From Neoechinorhynchus agilis (lineage: Eukaryota > Animalia > Acanthocephala), in contig CM121341.1 of the NCBI GenBank assembly GCA_051530055.1, forward strand, positions 11,634,784 to 11,698,783: a stretch of 64,000 nt of DNA, given 5' to 3'. The position numbers and the translations under genes were made by a program. Positions 37,044-50,082 of the stretch are shown here, piece by piece. How positions within the stretch are numbered: the first letter of the stretch is position 1; the number at the start of each line of letters is the position of its first letter. The notes under the pieces were generated by a model. That model did not search any database. It saw only the letters and a program-made list of their open reading frames with translations, and was not told where the DNA came from.

Positions 37044-39471
37044 ATTTTGTTATAAAGTTATAAAGCGATGAAAGCGTTAACAAAGAATTTCGGTCTTGAT
37101 AAGAGAGGATGTGATAACCGATACCTATAAATATTGTTCGACAATCAAATCGATGCGAGTTATCACGAATATTTTGTTGACTAATATTTGCTAAGCTACA
37201 TTTCGCGGTCGAACCTAGAACATTTTGCCATTTAGTAAATGTGCCACTCAAACTAACATCTGCAACGATAATATCGGTTATTTATGTGGCTTGTTTAATA
37301 ATGCCTTGATTGAAGCTCTTTCTTTGGACCGTTGATACTTTATCGGAACAAAATAGTATTTTATCGTTGTCTCTATTATTCAGATCTTCGAGTTTACACT
37401 TAGTTTTGTGTGAATTCCGAGTAACGAAGTGCAGCTCCCCGGTCCTCTTTCGGATGGATTTTGAGCTATTTCAACATTCTTTATAAGACGGGCGATTGTG
37501 ACAAACCGATTAAATACCGTGGTTCATTGTCACCGATGACGTATTAAATTGAATTTGCTCCTTTGCGGTTTTCGATTTTTTGTTTACCCGTTGTTTCCGT
37601 GATTATTATTGATTTTTCGTTTCCTATTACCAGCAGTCACTTTGTCATTCTACTTTTCCTCAACAAGATTTTTCGTTTCCTTCTCTACGTCGTCCTTGGG
37701 CTTCATCGTAGCTGTCCTTTCCGTTTGATTGGTGGCAGGAATTCTTTTAATAACTCGGAATCATTGTAAATAAATGCTTGTAAATCAAAAGGCGGTGGAG
37801 ACAGGCAGCAGCAAAAGTTTTCTTGTTGAAAAGGAGTTCATTGTAAAGGTGTTTGTAGGTGCCGTTCAAAAAGGAGTGGAATCAAAACAATGAAATCCAG
37901 AAAATACGCTTAGAGCTAATAAATATGGTCTATTTTTCACAGAATCAGCGGGCGAATTGCTTTCAGTCGAATGATTTTGCGAATTGTTCACTATGACAAC
38001 TTTTAATCAATTTACTAAAAATCATCCTTAGTTTCAAAAGCTTTAAAGTAGCAGCGACGAATAGAATTTCCAAAATGAACGTCTTTTCGATGTTGGGTCT
38101 TGGTTAAAGCCGAGATGTAAAAAGAGTAATCCATCGGAATATAATGTCAAATGTCATTCGATCAGAAATATTCAAATGTATTGAAATTTTCAAATGACTT
38201 TAATTATATAGCTACACCAAATTCCGATCGGTATGTGGTTGAATGCCGAAAATCCACTAAAGATACCGTCCGTTAGCAAGAAAGCCTCGAATTGTAGAAG
38301 AAATTATAAAACTGAATAACTCATCGCTGTTTCACTCGCGTATCAATAAGGCAAACTATTTGCGAATAAAATAAAAAAACAAATTGCTTGCAATTGAATG
38401 ACTTGGTCGCCATTGCAACTTTTGATAAATTTAATAAAATCAACCTTAGCTTTGAAAGTTTCGAAGAAGAAGCGACAAATATAACTCCCCAAATTAATGC
38501 CCTTTCGGCGTGGTCGTCCTAATTAAAACCGTGAGGCGAAATGAGCGATTGCTGAAAAACATTGCCGAATGTCGCTCCGTGAGAAGTATTCAAATATATT
38601 TAAAGTTTTAAACTACATTAATTTAAAGCGACTAACAATTGATTCCGATAGGTTTGAGTTGATTTGCGAATTACGAATCAGCAGAGTTCGAAATCGTAAT
38701 TGGAAGTTTTGAGTTTTACTTGGTAGCAAAACGAACGTTACTACTTAGCAAATATCTCTCAATTATACAAAGTTTTCGTCGAAGTAGTCTCTGAAACAAA
38801 GGATTTCTCAGCATGCCATAATCGTGGTGCATCTCAATCCTTCATTGGGGGATTCTTTGAAACGAAAAACTTCTCGGGATGCCGATGACCTCACAGTCAT
38901 TACCATCGCATCTCCCGCTCTCTGCCTCTCCACTACCATGGACGAGCTCAACCATCCCATTTCCACGCTCTCCACCCTAAACCTCTATCTAAATTTATCC
39001 AAATCTTTTGAGCTTGTCCCCACATTTCCAAATGCTCTCCCTCTCCCCATCCAACGCTCATCTTCTCTTCGAACACTGGGCCTGATTTTACAAGAAAAAC
39101 CTTAAATGGGATTCCCACATTTCATTTACCTACTCTAAAGCAAACCCTCGTCTTTACCTCCTCGAACTCCTCCGGCATCTCGGCGTTTCTCCTAAACACC
39201 TTGCCCACTTTTATCTCTCTGCCATCCTTCCTATCCTTAAATACGCCTTCCCCACTTTACTCGCCCTTTCCACCAATGTTCTCCATTCCCTCGAAACCTT
39301 CCACAAGAGAGCAGCGAGAATATGCGGGACTTCAGTCTCTCCCCTCGACGCCCACCTCCACGCCATTTTCTCCAAAAACGCCCATTTTCTTCCTTCATCT
39401 CTAAATACTCTTCGTTCGTAAACACCCGTAACCCCAACCTTTTTCATCCCCCTCCTCGCTCGAACCACCCT
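37044..39471 (+). repeat. Segmental direct repeat, copy 2
   Basis: Matches 21854-24281; starts about 10 bp after the last satellite monomer. Confidence 0.95.
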
Positions 39472-39790
39472 CTACCAAAAATCTTTCTTCCCTCGTTGTC
39501 ATTTGTCGTTTTCAAGCATGGGATGAGCAATTTTTTGTGTAGTTGGCCCCTTGGTAGGATAGGGTTTGATTTTATGACCGCCAAATATGGCCAACGTGGC
39601 TTTATAGATTCTTTGGGTTGTAATCCCCTTGATGCCTCATCCCTCTGGACAGCAGAGAGAGGCATCTTTAAGGTAATGGGTGGCCGTTTGCCACCCTCCA
39701 CCAACGGCTGAACGTTGGTGCGCATGAGTGCGTTGTGTATTTTGCGGTTGTCGGCAAGTATTATACGTAATTGTTTTATTCGATATCGAT
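38820..39790 (+). mobile_element. L2/CR1-like LINE 3' relic (longer copy extending toward the element 3' end)
   Basis: Same RT motifs as 23630-24281, continuing past the duplication breakpoint. Confidence 0.7.
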
Positions 39791-40147
39791 TAATAATGTC
39801 TTAAACCTTTTATTCGTTTGCCAAGAAGCTGACGGACAGCGTTGCCCTCCTCTGATTCCTTTTCAGATAACCAAAGAAAAGCTTCCTGACCAAGGCGCAA
39901 GGCGTCGAAAATTTGAAGCAAGAAATAAATAAAACACCCATTTTCCGTTCGATAATAAATCTGGAATAAAACATGAGGGTGTTGGGAAAAGAGGCTTTCC
40001 ATAATTTTTTGTCAAAAGTTAAAGTATGCAATCAACTGAATTTAATTTTAGGAAAGCATTAAAAATTAATTTAATTGCGACCTTCGATTTGTTAGGTATC
40101 ATTAAGTTTATAACACTTGCGATACTAGAATTTCAATTTTTATTTTC

Positions 40148-42010
40148 GTTGTATATTTATTTGGTATATAGCAAATAATTTGAGCCCTTTAAACTCCTCT
40201 TTGATTAAAAAATTAAATTATCTCCACAAAAACCAAAATGGTGTTAGAGGGGTAATTGCGGAATAAAATATTCACATCCATTCACACGTTTGATAAGGTT
40301 ACTCAAAAACATTTGTATAAACTTTTAGAGTGATCAAATTCTTTTTTGTGGTACTCCCCAGTGTGCAATAATCAGATCCGGAATCATAGGGTTCAAAGAT
40401 TCTCAACTTCAAAATTTCTTTTCTAAGAAAATGATAATATTCGAGACTCACGAAATGTGGAACCGTATTGAAAAATGCAAAAACAATTGACGTTATTCTG
40501 GGGATTTGCGATCATAAGAGTTAATCAGTACGCCAATTTACGAATCCCACTTGCTAATCAAAATATAACAATCAGCTACACGAAGAAACTTGAACAATTA
40601 AAACCTCAAGCATTCGAACAGCATAGTTACATCGTGAATAAATCCAAACACGCATTCTCCAAAAGTGAATTGAATTCACTGAACAAATGCCCCGATAATG
40701 TTATAAATAACTAAATACGACGTACAAAAATCAGATGAAGTACAGAATTTCTGATGGGAAAGTTCGGATCCAAAACGTTCTCGATGACGAGATGACAGTC
40801 ACGAGGTCCGTTGAAAAAGTTATCCGACCGAGGAAGCGCTTTGGTAACCGTGAATATGGATAATTATCAGAACGCGGCTCGTTCACTGAAATAGTCCTTT
40901 CGAATCCGGTACCACCAATGACACACAACCAAAGGAGACGAAATACCGCTGAAGGAGGAAACTCACTGATTGGTCCCGCCTCCTTGAGGTATCTGAAAAT
41001 CTGGAGGAATGTACAAACGTTTAACCGGGCATTACAGACTATGCGGTTATATCACTTCTCTGATGCAATTGGTTTGGCTTTATGCCTTAAAAAATAAGTC
41101 GGGTATAAGGGACAAACAAAAATTTAGTGATAATATGAAACAAACCGGCTTGCCAGTAAAACGTAAAATAGAATCTATTCACAAAAGTGCTATTGTACTC
41201 AGCGATCAGCCTTGTGATTACTTTATTTTAACGCAATTTAGAAGGATGAAATTTCACCAAACCTGAATAGAAGGAAATCTTATTCATGTGCAAGAGGAAT
41301 AGGAATTTCAATTTCGAAGGTAAGAGCTATGATCAAGATGATGTATTGTCCATGGGGAGTCCTCTTGCCCCAGTTCTCGCCGAATTGCCCATGCGTGATT
41401 AGGAGGCCAAGTATGTTTCCAGCCTACCGTGTGTCAAATTCTGGCAGAGATACGTTGATGATACATTTTTCTTAATCGACAAATCCCAGAGAGACGGAAA
41501 AGTTCTGCCGCATATTAATTCAAATCACAGCAACATTCAATGGACTGTCGACTCGGAGAATGACAATACGATCCGCTTTTTGGACATGTTGATAACTCGA
41601 CACGGAGAAGAGTTTGAAATTACTGTATACAGGAAGATTGGTATACCGACCGACATAAGCTCAACCATTAAGCTCCATGGTGAAGAAATGAAATGTACAT
41701 GAAAGCAAAGGTGTGGTGTGGGAATTCCCTTCATCGAATGCAGTAAATCCTATGCAGGCAAAACAAAAAATTTGAAAAGAGCACGAATGAACAGAAATAT
41801 GCTCTGAGAAGAGACACCGATGCCAGTTCCGCGATATTCAACCATTTTAAGCTACGAGGGCACGTCACGGATATCGGCAATGCCACCATTTTCGCTCAAA
41901 GTGAATCCAAATGAGATCGCGTTATATTGGAGGCAATATTTATTTGCCAAGTTAAAACAGTAAACTGGGGAATAAGGCGGACTTCAAACTGATACTAAGA
42001 GCAGTGTGAA
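40148..42010 (+). mobile_element. Decayed Penelope-like element(s): N-terminal part B (40148-41173) and RT core plus GIY-YIG (41174-42010)
   Basis: YIVNKSKHAFSKSELNSLNK, DRGSALVTVNMDNY, LFTKV, FEGKSYDQ..SMGSPLAPVLAEL, RYVDDTF, IRFLDMLI, CSKSYAGKT; many stops and frameshifts. Confidence 0.9.
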
Positions 42011-42344
42011 TAACCATTCCCTACGTGTGGATTTTAGACCTCGATAAGGCACAATATTGTTCCGAAATGTCGGACTTAATAATTTCTTTTAATTTTTCAG
42101 CCGTGAAAAACATTCCTATAAGTTTTTTTCCATTTAAGAATTATATTAAAATGGCCGAGTTTCTGACGATATTGTCCAGTCGTTTTAAGGATTACAATTG
42201 TTTACAGCGATATATTTGTATAGCCTTTTCACCATGCTGTCGCATACATAAATTATTCTCCTCAAACCTCTGCACCGCACCTCTCCGATCCACTAAACAG
42301 ACACAGCAAACGCACCCAGATTTACTTCGTCTTTCATTTATACC

Positions 42345-44241
42345 ATGTTGATAAGACAACGCTTGAGACGTATTTGTACATTTCTAACTGTAATTGGACT
42401 ATTCATTCTTTATCTTTTATTCCGTGGACCACCTCTCATACCGTCCGAGGACATTCAAATCGTACGTGATCATCATGCTACATTAGAAAAACTAATCTAT
42501 ATTTATACTCCAAATAAATACACGCCCAAAGCTGGTTCGAAATGCCAAAACTGTTTATTCACTCACCACAGAAGTGATCTCGATCATGCGGATTCTATTG
42601 TGGTTCATTTAAACGATGTTATTATGATGGGAGCGAATGAAATCGTGAAAGATCGACGGATGACAAAACGCGATGCCTTCTGGGTCGCCATGTTTGAGGA
42701 AACACCATGCACTCTAATTGTCATCGAAGATTTTACTGTTTGGAGTCGAATTTATTTTTAGTCTACTTGTATTATATCTCAAGTTATATTTTATGTAAGA
42801 GTGGATGCTTATATGCAAAAATTATAATTTTATGAACGGAAGTTACACCCTTATTACTCAAAGGGCCTGGACATGTGTGGCCCATAAGACACTTTAGGCG
42901 GGACAAATAAACTGGCTGGGACACATAAGTTCCTATAGACTCGAAAGGGTTAAAGGAGATGTAGTTAAGAACGTGTTTAAAATTCAAACTAATATTGAGA
43001 AGGACGTCACATTTTTCAACATTAATTCTATATTTCGGGCAATATTCTGGCTTTAAGGAGTGATTCAAGTCCAAACGGCGTTGATAATCTTATGTATTTT
43101 ACTGATGTTTAATTAAAATCCTCTTACAACGCTATAATCTTCATCGCTCCGTTCAAAGGTCTCTGGTTCGTTAGGCAAAAATATGGGTAAAATAGTTCCT
43201 TTTTAATTAAATAGCAAAATACCATTTAAAGCAACCTTAACAAATAGAATCGTCAAAATCATTTGATATATGTCATGAAAAGTTAGAACTTAAATGATTA
43301 TATTCTGTGATAATCAAATTTAATTGACTCCTACAACTGCTGCCTATATTTTGTACTGCGCAGTAAATCAGGAAAAAGTTCATTTTATCTTATAGTGTAT
43401 TGAAGCTTAAGAATCTGATATTCGAGAAGTAAACAAATATTCAATGAATTGAGTGTTCTACTTTCTTCGATGACTCATACGCGATCTTAGCAATCGGTAC
43501 AACCCCTCGTTCGCATCATCTGAGCTCAACGGAATTTTCAATTGGACGATGTCTTATCGAACGGATTCGGAGGTAACAATAGTAAAATACCATCGAAAAG
43601 ATGTTGCGGATAAACGTGAGCCTCCTAATCTAGTAAATTTCAATCAAAGACTCAATGGAACAGTCGCAGTGGTAAGCAATTGTAATCGAGGACCACGTAA
43701 CAGATTTTTTGAATCACTTGCGTCTTACTATCCCGTTGATATTTATGGCAGATGCCGATTGAATGGAACGGGAGGTAGCAGATACTGCAATAATCAATTA
43801 AAAACGAGTTCAAACGTCGACTGCAACGAGGTGGTTCAGAAATACAAGTTTTATTTAGCCGTGGAAAATAGCCTCGGTTGTCAGGATTATATTACTGAAA
43901 AATATTGGCGAAACGCCATCGGGAATTTAGTATTACCAGTGGTTATGGGTGCAACAGAAGACGATTTCGATATGCTGGCAATTCCGAAATCGTATTTGCA
44001 TGCAGAATCTGCAGACGGGTTCAAAGATCTTGCATCAAGACTGACTTTGTTGAGCCGTAACTATGATGATTACTTGAAGTATTTTGAATGGATGAAGGAA
44101 TTTTCTGTTGGATACGATTACGGACATTGGTGCAAACTGTGCACTCGACTCAACGGTAGAAGTTCTAACAATGATTTGACTTATAGGAAATATCTGGAAT
44201 TTGACGAATGGTTTAATTCGTGTCCTGGAATCTATTTGTAA
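42345..44241 (+). CDS. Alpha-1,3/4-fucosyltransferase (GT10), two coding blocks (42345-~42720 and ~43490-44241)
   Basis: Type II membrane anchor, WVAMFEETP, FNWTMSYRTDS, VSNC, YKFYLAVENSLGCQDYITEKYWRNA, PVVMG, YLKYFEW; the splice junction is not resolved. Confidence 0.88.
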
Positions 44242-44339
44242 ACCTAAAAGGGATTTGTTTAAAAACAGAAAGTAACTCTACGATTTTGTTTTTATTAAGA
44301 CCGAAATAATTTTCGCAATTGAAACGGAACGCAATCCAA

Positions 44340-45620
44340 TTGGGTTTAAAAGAAGCTTTTATAATGAGTTCTCATAGATTCAGCGTTCCCCAGTTGCACA
44401 GTCAGGCTTATGTTTTGTAGGAGGAATGCCCCTGTCCTCGGATCGCCAGTAATTCCTCTGAGTCTCTTGGACGATTGATTGACGAGGTCCTGCGCCATGG
44501 TGACAAACGACCTGAGTGTCTCGACGCCAAAGGGAACGAAATAATGATTTCGACCCAGGCCCCTTTATTTTGTCCTTTTGCGGTCCTCAGCGGCGGTTGC
44601 TGCTCCCCTGGTTTAATAGTGGCGAATTTAATGTTACTGGCTACGAGTAAGTCCAGTCAGTATACTGTGACCCCGTCCGTTCTACGGCCATCGAGTCGCC
44701 AAAGATTGCTCGGCTCTAGGATGTTGGGGGCATTTAAAATATTCAATGCTCCACTAGGATCATTGCGTTCACTTAGACGTGTCGCCAGTGCCTTCCGCCT
44801 GATTGCCGACAGACGAGACCATGGCGTCCCGATGGTTCCACGGTCGCTCCTCCACGGCAGCGATGGAATGTGAACATCGGCACCCCAAGTCTCGGGGACA
44901 CTCGAATCCTTACAGTCTCATCGGAGAGAAGGGTACCAACAGAAACGATTGGAATAGCGTTGAGCCAAGCATCCGATTTTCTTGTAGAGACTGCCGCCAA
45001 TCGAGTTCGGTTCACCAGGTTACGATAGTCTGAAATTAAAGAGTTATGAATTCTCGCTACCAGGGTTGAGTCCCAAGCTAATTGTTTGCAACCATTAACG
45101 GGTACCTGCTCGCTGTCTGAATCTCCACACCAAAGATTAAGCGCCTCCACGAAATCTTCATCCAAAGTGTAATTCTCGCCAAGAACGGATTTAACTATTC
45201 TGCGGCTTGTTTCATACGATCCCAAGTAGGCTGGCAGAGAAATATTTGCTGCTTTTCGGATACCCAAACCGCCGGACGACAGAGACAAGGAAGCTTGACG
45301 TCAGGCCTCGTCCGACAGCTGAGTATTTAAAATTTTCTCTCGTCTAATTTTCCCTTATAAAAGGTGCTGTACGCAGCTTATTCAGCAATTTTTGAATGAC
45401 GAGGGTGTTCTTGATTAGGAACAGTCTCGTGTGAGGATAATTCATCAACTCGTTCGCACAGCACCGAAAGTTGCGGTTGAAGATTAGCAATCTCTGCTTC
45501 AACATTATAACCAAAAATGCAGCTTCCTAGAAGACTCAAACGGTCTTCAGTGATCAATTCTATCCCGGGGCCAGGTTCTGAAAATCTTTCACGGTAGTTT
45601 GCCTGGATGCTGCTTTGGCA
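44340..45620 (-). mobile_element. CRE-like RLE retrotransposon 3' half (thumb, CCHC, RLE), decayed
   Basis: GGLGIR, AWLNAIP, CR..HGLVC...RH, EPSNLWRLDGRRTDGVT, GDPRTGAFLLQNISLTVQLGNA. Confidence 0.88.
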
Positions 45621-46289
45621 TTATTTCTTCGTCGTTATATTATCCAATATTTCAATATAAATGCTGCGCCCGAGATCAATAAATGTAGAATTCTCCAAAC
45701 GGCTATGCTGACTGCGACGTATTTTGTCGAACCTTTGAATCGTGGTCTAAGAACTATGACGACTCAATTGAAAAGTTTGATCGTTTTAGTCGGAAAGCAT
45801 TCCAAAGTTGACCAACTAATCTGTAAAAAGTAGAACTGGGAAACTTAAATCATTTTGTCGTATAGTTAAGTGATGCATTGCAAAAACATTCTATAATCTA
45901 GGAAAAAGTAGTCGCTCAAAACTGTTATAAGCAGATTATTATAAAGAAATCAAAGATTTTAGTCTTCAGTGAGTTAATAACTACCATTTCTGGAAATTTA
46001 TGATAGGACAGAACTCGTAGAACCTGACGAAATACGATTACTGTGTGCTTTTCCAAAATGTTCAAAAGTTCTCCTTTTGTAAACAATTGCCTCACAACTT
46101 TACGACCATTTAATAAATAACGAGCGAGGCTCACTATCAATGTAAGCATCTTCCCTGTCTCGATGCATTAATTCACAATAATCCAATCGCTCGTCTCTAA
46201 CGATCTCAATATAATTTACATCAGGTTCCTTACAACCCATAAACAATTCATACATTTACTTTTTTAGCAAATTATAATAATGTTCATTC

Positions 46290-46570
46290 TTTTCGTTCAC
46301 AAATTCCTCCTTTTCGTCCAATTCTGCAACTGCCGTCATGATTGTTCGGCAGCTTCCTTGATGACTGCGGCATTGCCGCGTTGGATCGCCGCGCTGATTC
46401 GTTGCATCAGGGAGCTGCTGGAGCGCATGTCGCCGGTGGCATAGGAAATAATCGGCTTCTTTTCCGAGACATCCTAGCGTTTCCACCGCAATCGGGATGA
46501 ATACATATTGATGCCCATCGAGCGAGGAGTACTTATGCCGCTTCTTTTCCTTGCTGAAGCTGGCTACTGC
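46290..46570 (-). mobile_element. Short CRE-like RLE 3' fragment
   Basis: KKRHKYSSL..FIPIAVETLGCLGKEA matches the CRE RLE C-terminal pattern. Confidence 0.75.
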
Positions 46571-47529
46571 TCCCGGCTTTAAAGTGTTATAATAATTGAT
46601 TTATTTGATAATTTTCGGCCTTCGCGTAGGTCTTCTTCAATCTATTGTTTTCGGAGAAAAACTTGAGTAAGGCTTCTAACGATCCTTCATCTTTTTCATC
46701 GTTCTCATACGATCCCAATACATTTTCTAGGCTTCTATTTGAGGCATTCTTGTAACCTTGAAATATATATAAGATCGTCAAATTCGCTAATAATGAAATC
46801 AGACATCGTAGCAGCAGTCATTCTCGGTTGCTTTTTTCACTTTGAAATTACCCAATATGCTCTTCAGATGACAAAGGATCGCGTCCTCGTATTTTATTTT
46901 CATTAAAAGATCCTTCACTAAATGCTTTGTACATAATGCAGGTTAGTCACTTCTGGTAAATTTTCCAGTACAATTTTCAATTTAAGCTGTCAATACTTTG
47001 TCGTTGCACTTCCTGAACGAATATTGTTGGAGTGCCTACTTGCAAAGATGAAATCCGCCATCTCAGATTTTCTGGCAAATTTGCTTCGCTAAGTCACTCC
47101 TGAAGCAATGCCATTAATGGCTCCGTGCTAACTGCAGCAACCGTGCTAACATCAATTTTTGTACCTTCTGTAATTGTGTTTCCTTCACTCTTTGAATTGG
47201 AAACGAATAAAAAAATTATCTCAAAAGACTAAATAACTTGGATGCGATTCTGCTTGAATTCGACCAAACAAGCTTTTATTAAAGCCCTTGTAAGTCCTTG
47301 AAGAGACACATCTTTCAGTCAACCGTGGAAAAGTGGCATTAAAAATGAGTCTTTCACAGATAATTCAAGAGAATTTTCAGATTAAAAAAATCCTTCCCCT
47401 GCTTTTAAATTGGTTACAACTAAGAGATATTGTTCATTAGGAACGAGTTTCATAGTACAACCTACGAAGCCCTAAAATCTGAAATAAATATCGCAGATAA
47501 AATTGTATTCCTGAGCAAGATACGTACTT

Positions 47530-47656
47530 TTTTAGTTGTTTTTTTGGCGGAGAAATTAAAATGATTTTATTTTAAAATCCGATATTTCGGCACAATCTTG
47601 TGCCTCTAAAATAAAATCATTTTAATTTCTCCGCCAGAAAATAACCAATATGAACA
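47530..47656. mobile_element. MITE, internally deleted copy of the 17904-18128 family, opposite orientation
   Basis: ggcggagaaattaaaatgattttatttta..taaaataaaatcattttaatttctccgcc perfect inverted arms; flank agaaaataaccaatatgaaca matches the reverse complement of the left end of copy 1. Confidence 0.7.
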
Positions 47657-50082
47657 ATTCATTCTTCAAACACATCTCTTTTTGGGGGTGCGATTGTTTA
47701 GTTGCGATATGAATCTCAGATCCTCCTCATTACATCGACATTCCTCGCTAAATGGAGACAATTTGACATGTCGATATTTTTTATGTGATGAATGATGCGT
47801 CTGATCCCAAGGTATCCGCAGGAGCTTGTCCTTTCTGTCAAAGAAATATGCGTTTGACGAAATCAAATGTTTTACACGTCCATGGTCCTTGCTCTTCACG
47901 AAATGCAGGCTCTGGAGAGCTTCCAATGAATGCCGCCTATCTTAATTCAAAATCGGAGCAAAACGACGATTCGCAGAGTGAGGAGTCTGATTACCGATTT
48001 CCTTCGCGTTCTCTCAAAATACGTCCTCAAACGAATTCTTAAAGGAGCTCGGTATCAAATCGGGACGAGCTACGCCGAACTCCGCAATGAATGTGTTGCC
48101 AATAATAACGCAATGTCATGGATGCGCTTGTTCGCTTTTCCAAAGTTAGTCCTCTATTCCAGAGTCCTCAAAGGAATCGTTGACCTCCATCGTCAAGAAA
48201 ATAGTCGTTCAATTCCAAGAGAAATTCAGTGATGCCCCAAAACTCTCGGAGGCAACTACATTGGATTTTTCGGAAGCTCAAGATAATCGACATCCAACCT
48301 GCCAATGAGGTGTGCGCGCGTCAGCAAAACTATCCCGCGGAGACGTTAGAGGAGATGTAAGACTACTTTCATCAACTGACACATTCGTCAGCGACACATC
48401 CGTAACATTTGATGCTTTACGAGAAAAACATCCGCCGTCAGACGCAAGGCTCTTCATCCAGGCCAATGAGCTCGCTTCTGGAAATAATTCTTTGAGACCC
48501 ATCGAAAGAGCTGATATTGAGAAAGCTCTATTCTCCTTCGCATGTGGCTCCAGTCACGGACTAGACGGTCTCATGCCCCAACACTTAAAGGATCGTGTCT
48601 CACCTGCGTCAAACTGCGCCTCCAAATCAGTCATTAAAGCCCTGACAGCCGTAGTCAATTTAATCGCTCGATGCGGTTTAATCATGGAAAGCGTGCGCTT
48701 CCTTTTCTCGGCCTCGCTTTGTGTTCTAAATAAGGAGGACGGTGGGATTCGTCCCATTGCTATCGGCACCACCTTTCGCCGCCTTACGGGCAAGATCCTT
48801 TCCAAAAGAATAGCAGAAGAAGCGAGTCACATTCCATTGCCAGTACAACTCGGATGCTGCTCACCTTGTGTAGCCGAGGTGATTGTGCATGCGTTGCGTA
48901 CCTTTGTTAATACTGGCAAGGATATTCAAATCGTGCTCAAATGCGACTTCGCCAACGCCTTCAATACTATTGACGTGGAGCCTTGATTCAAGCAGTCCGT
49001 AGTAATCTCCCGGAGGTATTACCCTACTTCCCTTCAGCCTATAGTTCTAGTACTCCCCTTGTCTTCGGAAATGATCTTATTTGGTCACAATCCGGTTTCC
49101 AACAGGGAGATCCTTTGGGACCTCTGGGTTTCGCCTTGACAATCAACCATCTGACACTCTCTTTCCAGTCCAATTTCAACGCCTGGTACATGGACGATGC
49201 CACACTCGGAGGCTCTCCTTCCGTAGTCCTGCGCGATCTCAGTATATTGGTTTTCGAAGCAAATAAGGTTGGCTTGACTTAGAATCCTCGAAAATGTGAG
49301 TTACTGGTTTTGAATTGTGGAGATAACGACTGTTGGCATATTTCGAGTGATTTTGAAAAGGTTGCTCCAGGCATACAGCTCATAACGAAATCTGGTATGC
49401 GTCTACTTGGCAGTTGTGTAATTGATGAGAACATACCTGACGATTTAAATGAGATCAGACCCTCAATAGAGCTCATGTGTAACCGACTATCGGAATTATC
49501 CCCTCACGAAGCTTTACATCTCCTTAAGAACTGCCTATACATACCGAAACTACTCTATGAATTATGATCAGCACCCTTTTTCAAATATGCGGACTGCTAA
49601 AAAAAGTTTGACAACATTCTCAGAACATCATTATCTGAGATAATTAACGTGCAGCTCCCGGAATCAGGTTGGACACAGGCATTCATGCCCATTAATTTTG
49701 GAGGAATTGGTATTCCCGTCCTTCCTTTCCCCCTATGGTCAGCCGAATGCTCAAATTGGTATTTTAAGAGTCCGAATTTTGTTCAAATAAGATATTTGCT
49801 TCAATGTTATAATAGTCACAGTCAATTAATGTCAACGGAAAGTTATCGAGAGGATTCAAATTTGCAACTGCAGTGGATCAGTGGAGCAGACTCTTTCGAA
49901 CAAAACAGAGGTTCCCGAGCACCCGGAAAGACAGCGGTCGTGGGATATTCCATTGGCTGAGCGAGTTCACAACTCACTTGAAGATTCGCTCTCCATGGTG
50001 GATAGAATACGATTAAATGCAGCATCCTGCGAAGAACCCGGTACATGGTTGACCGCCCTCCCAGTCGCTTCGCTCAGAACTC

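Noticed and set aside
20096-41133. Polinton/Maverick or other large DNA transposon with 1-kb TIRs
   Set aside because: No polymerase B, integrase, capsid or transposase ORFs; the arms are PLE coding sequence and are asymmetric (right-hand tail).
42030-42080. Hammerhead after the PLE GIY-YIG (agacc-TCGATAA-GG.ACAATATTGT.CC-GAAATGTC-ggact)
   Set aside because: Position and stems are suggestive, but the core has at least three changes; too degenerate to call.
45840-47500. Decayed minus-strand coding sequence around the short CRE fragment
   Set aside because: Protein-like stretches with many stops; no family recognised.
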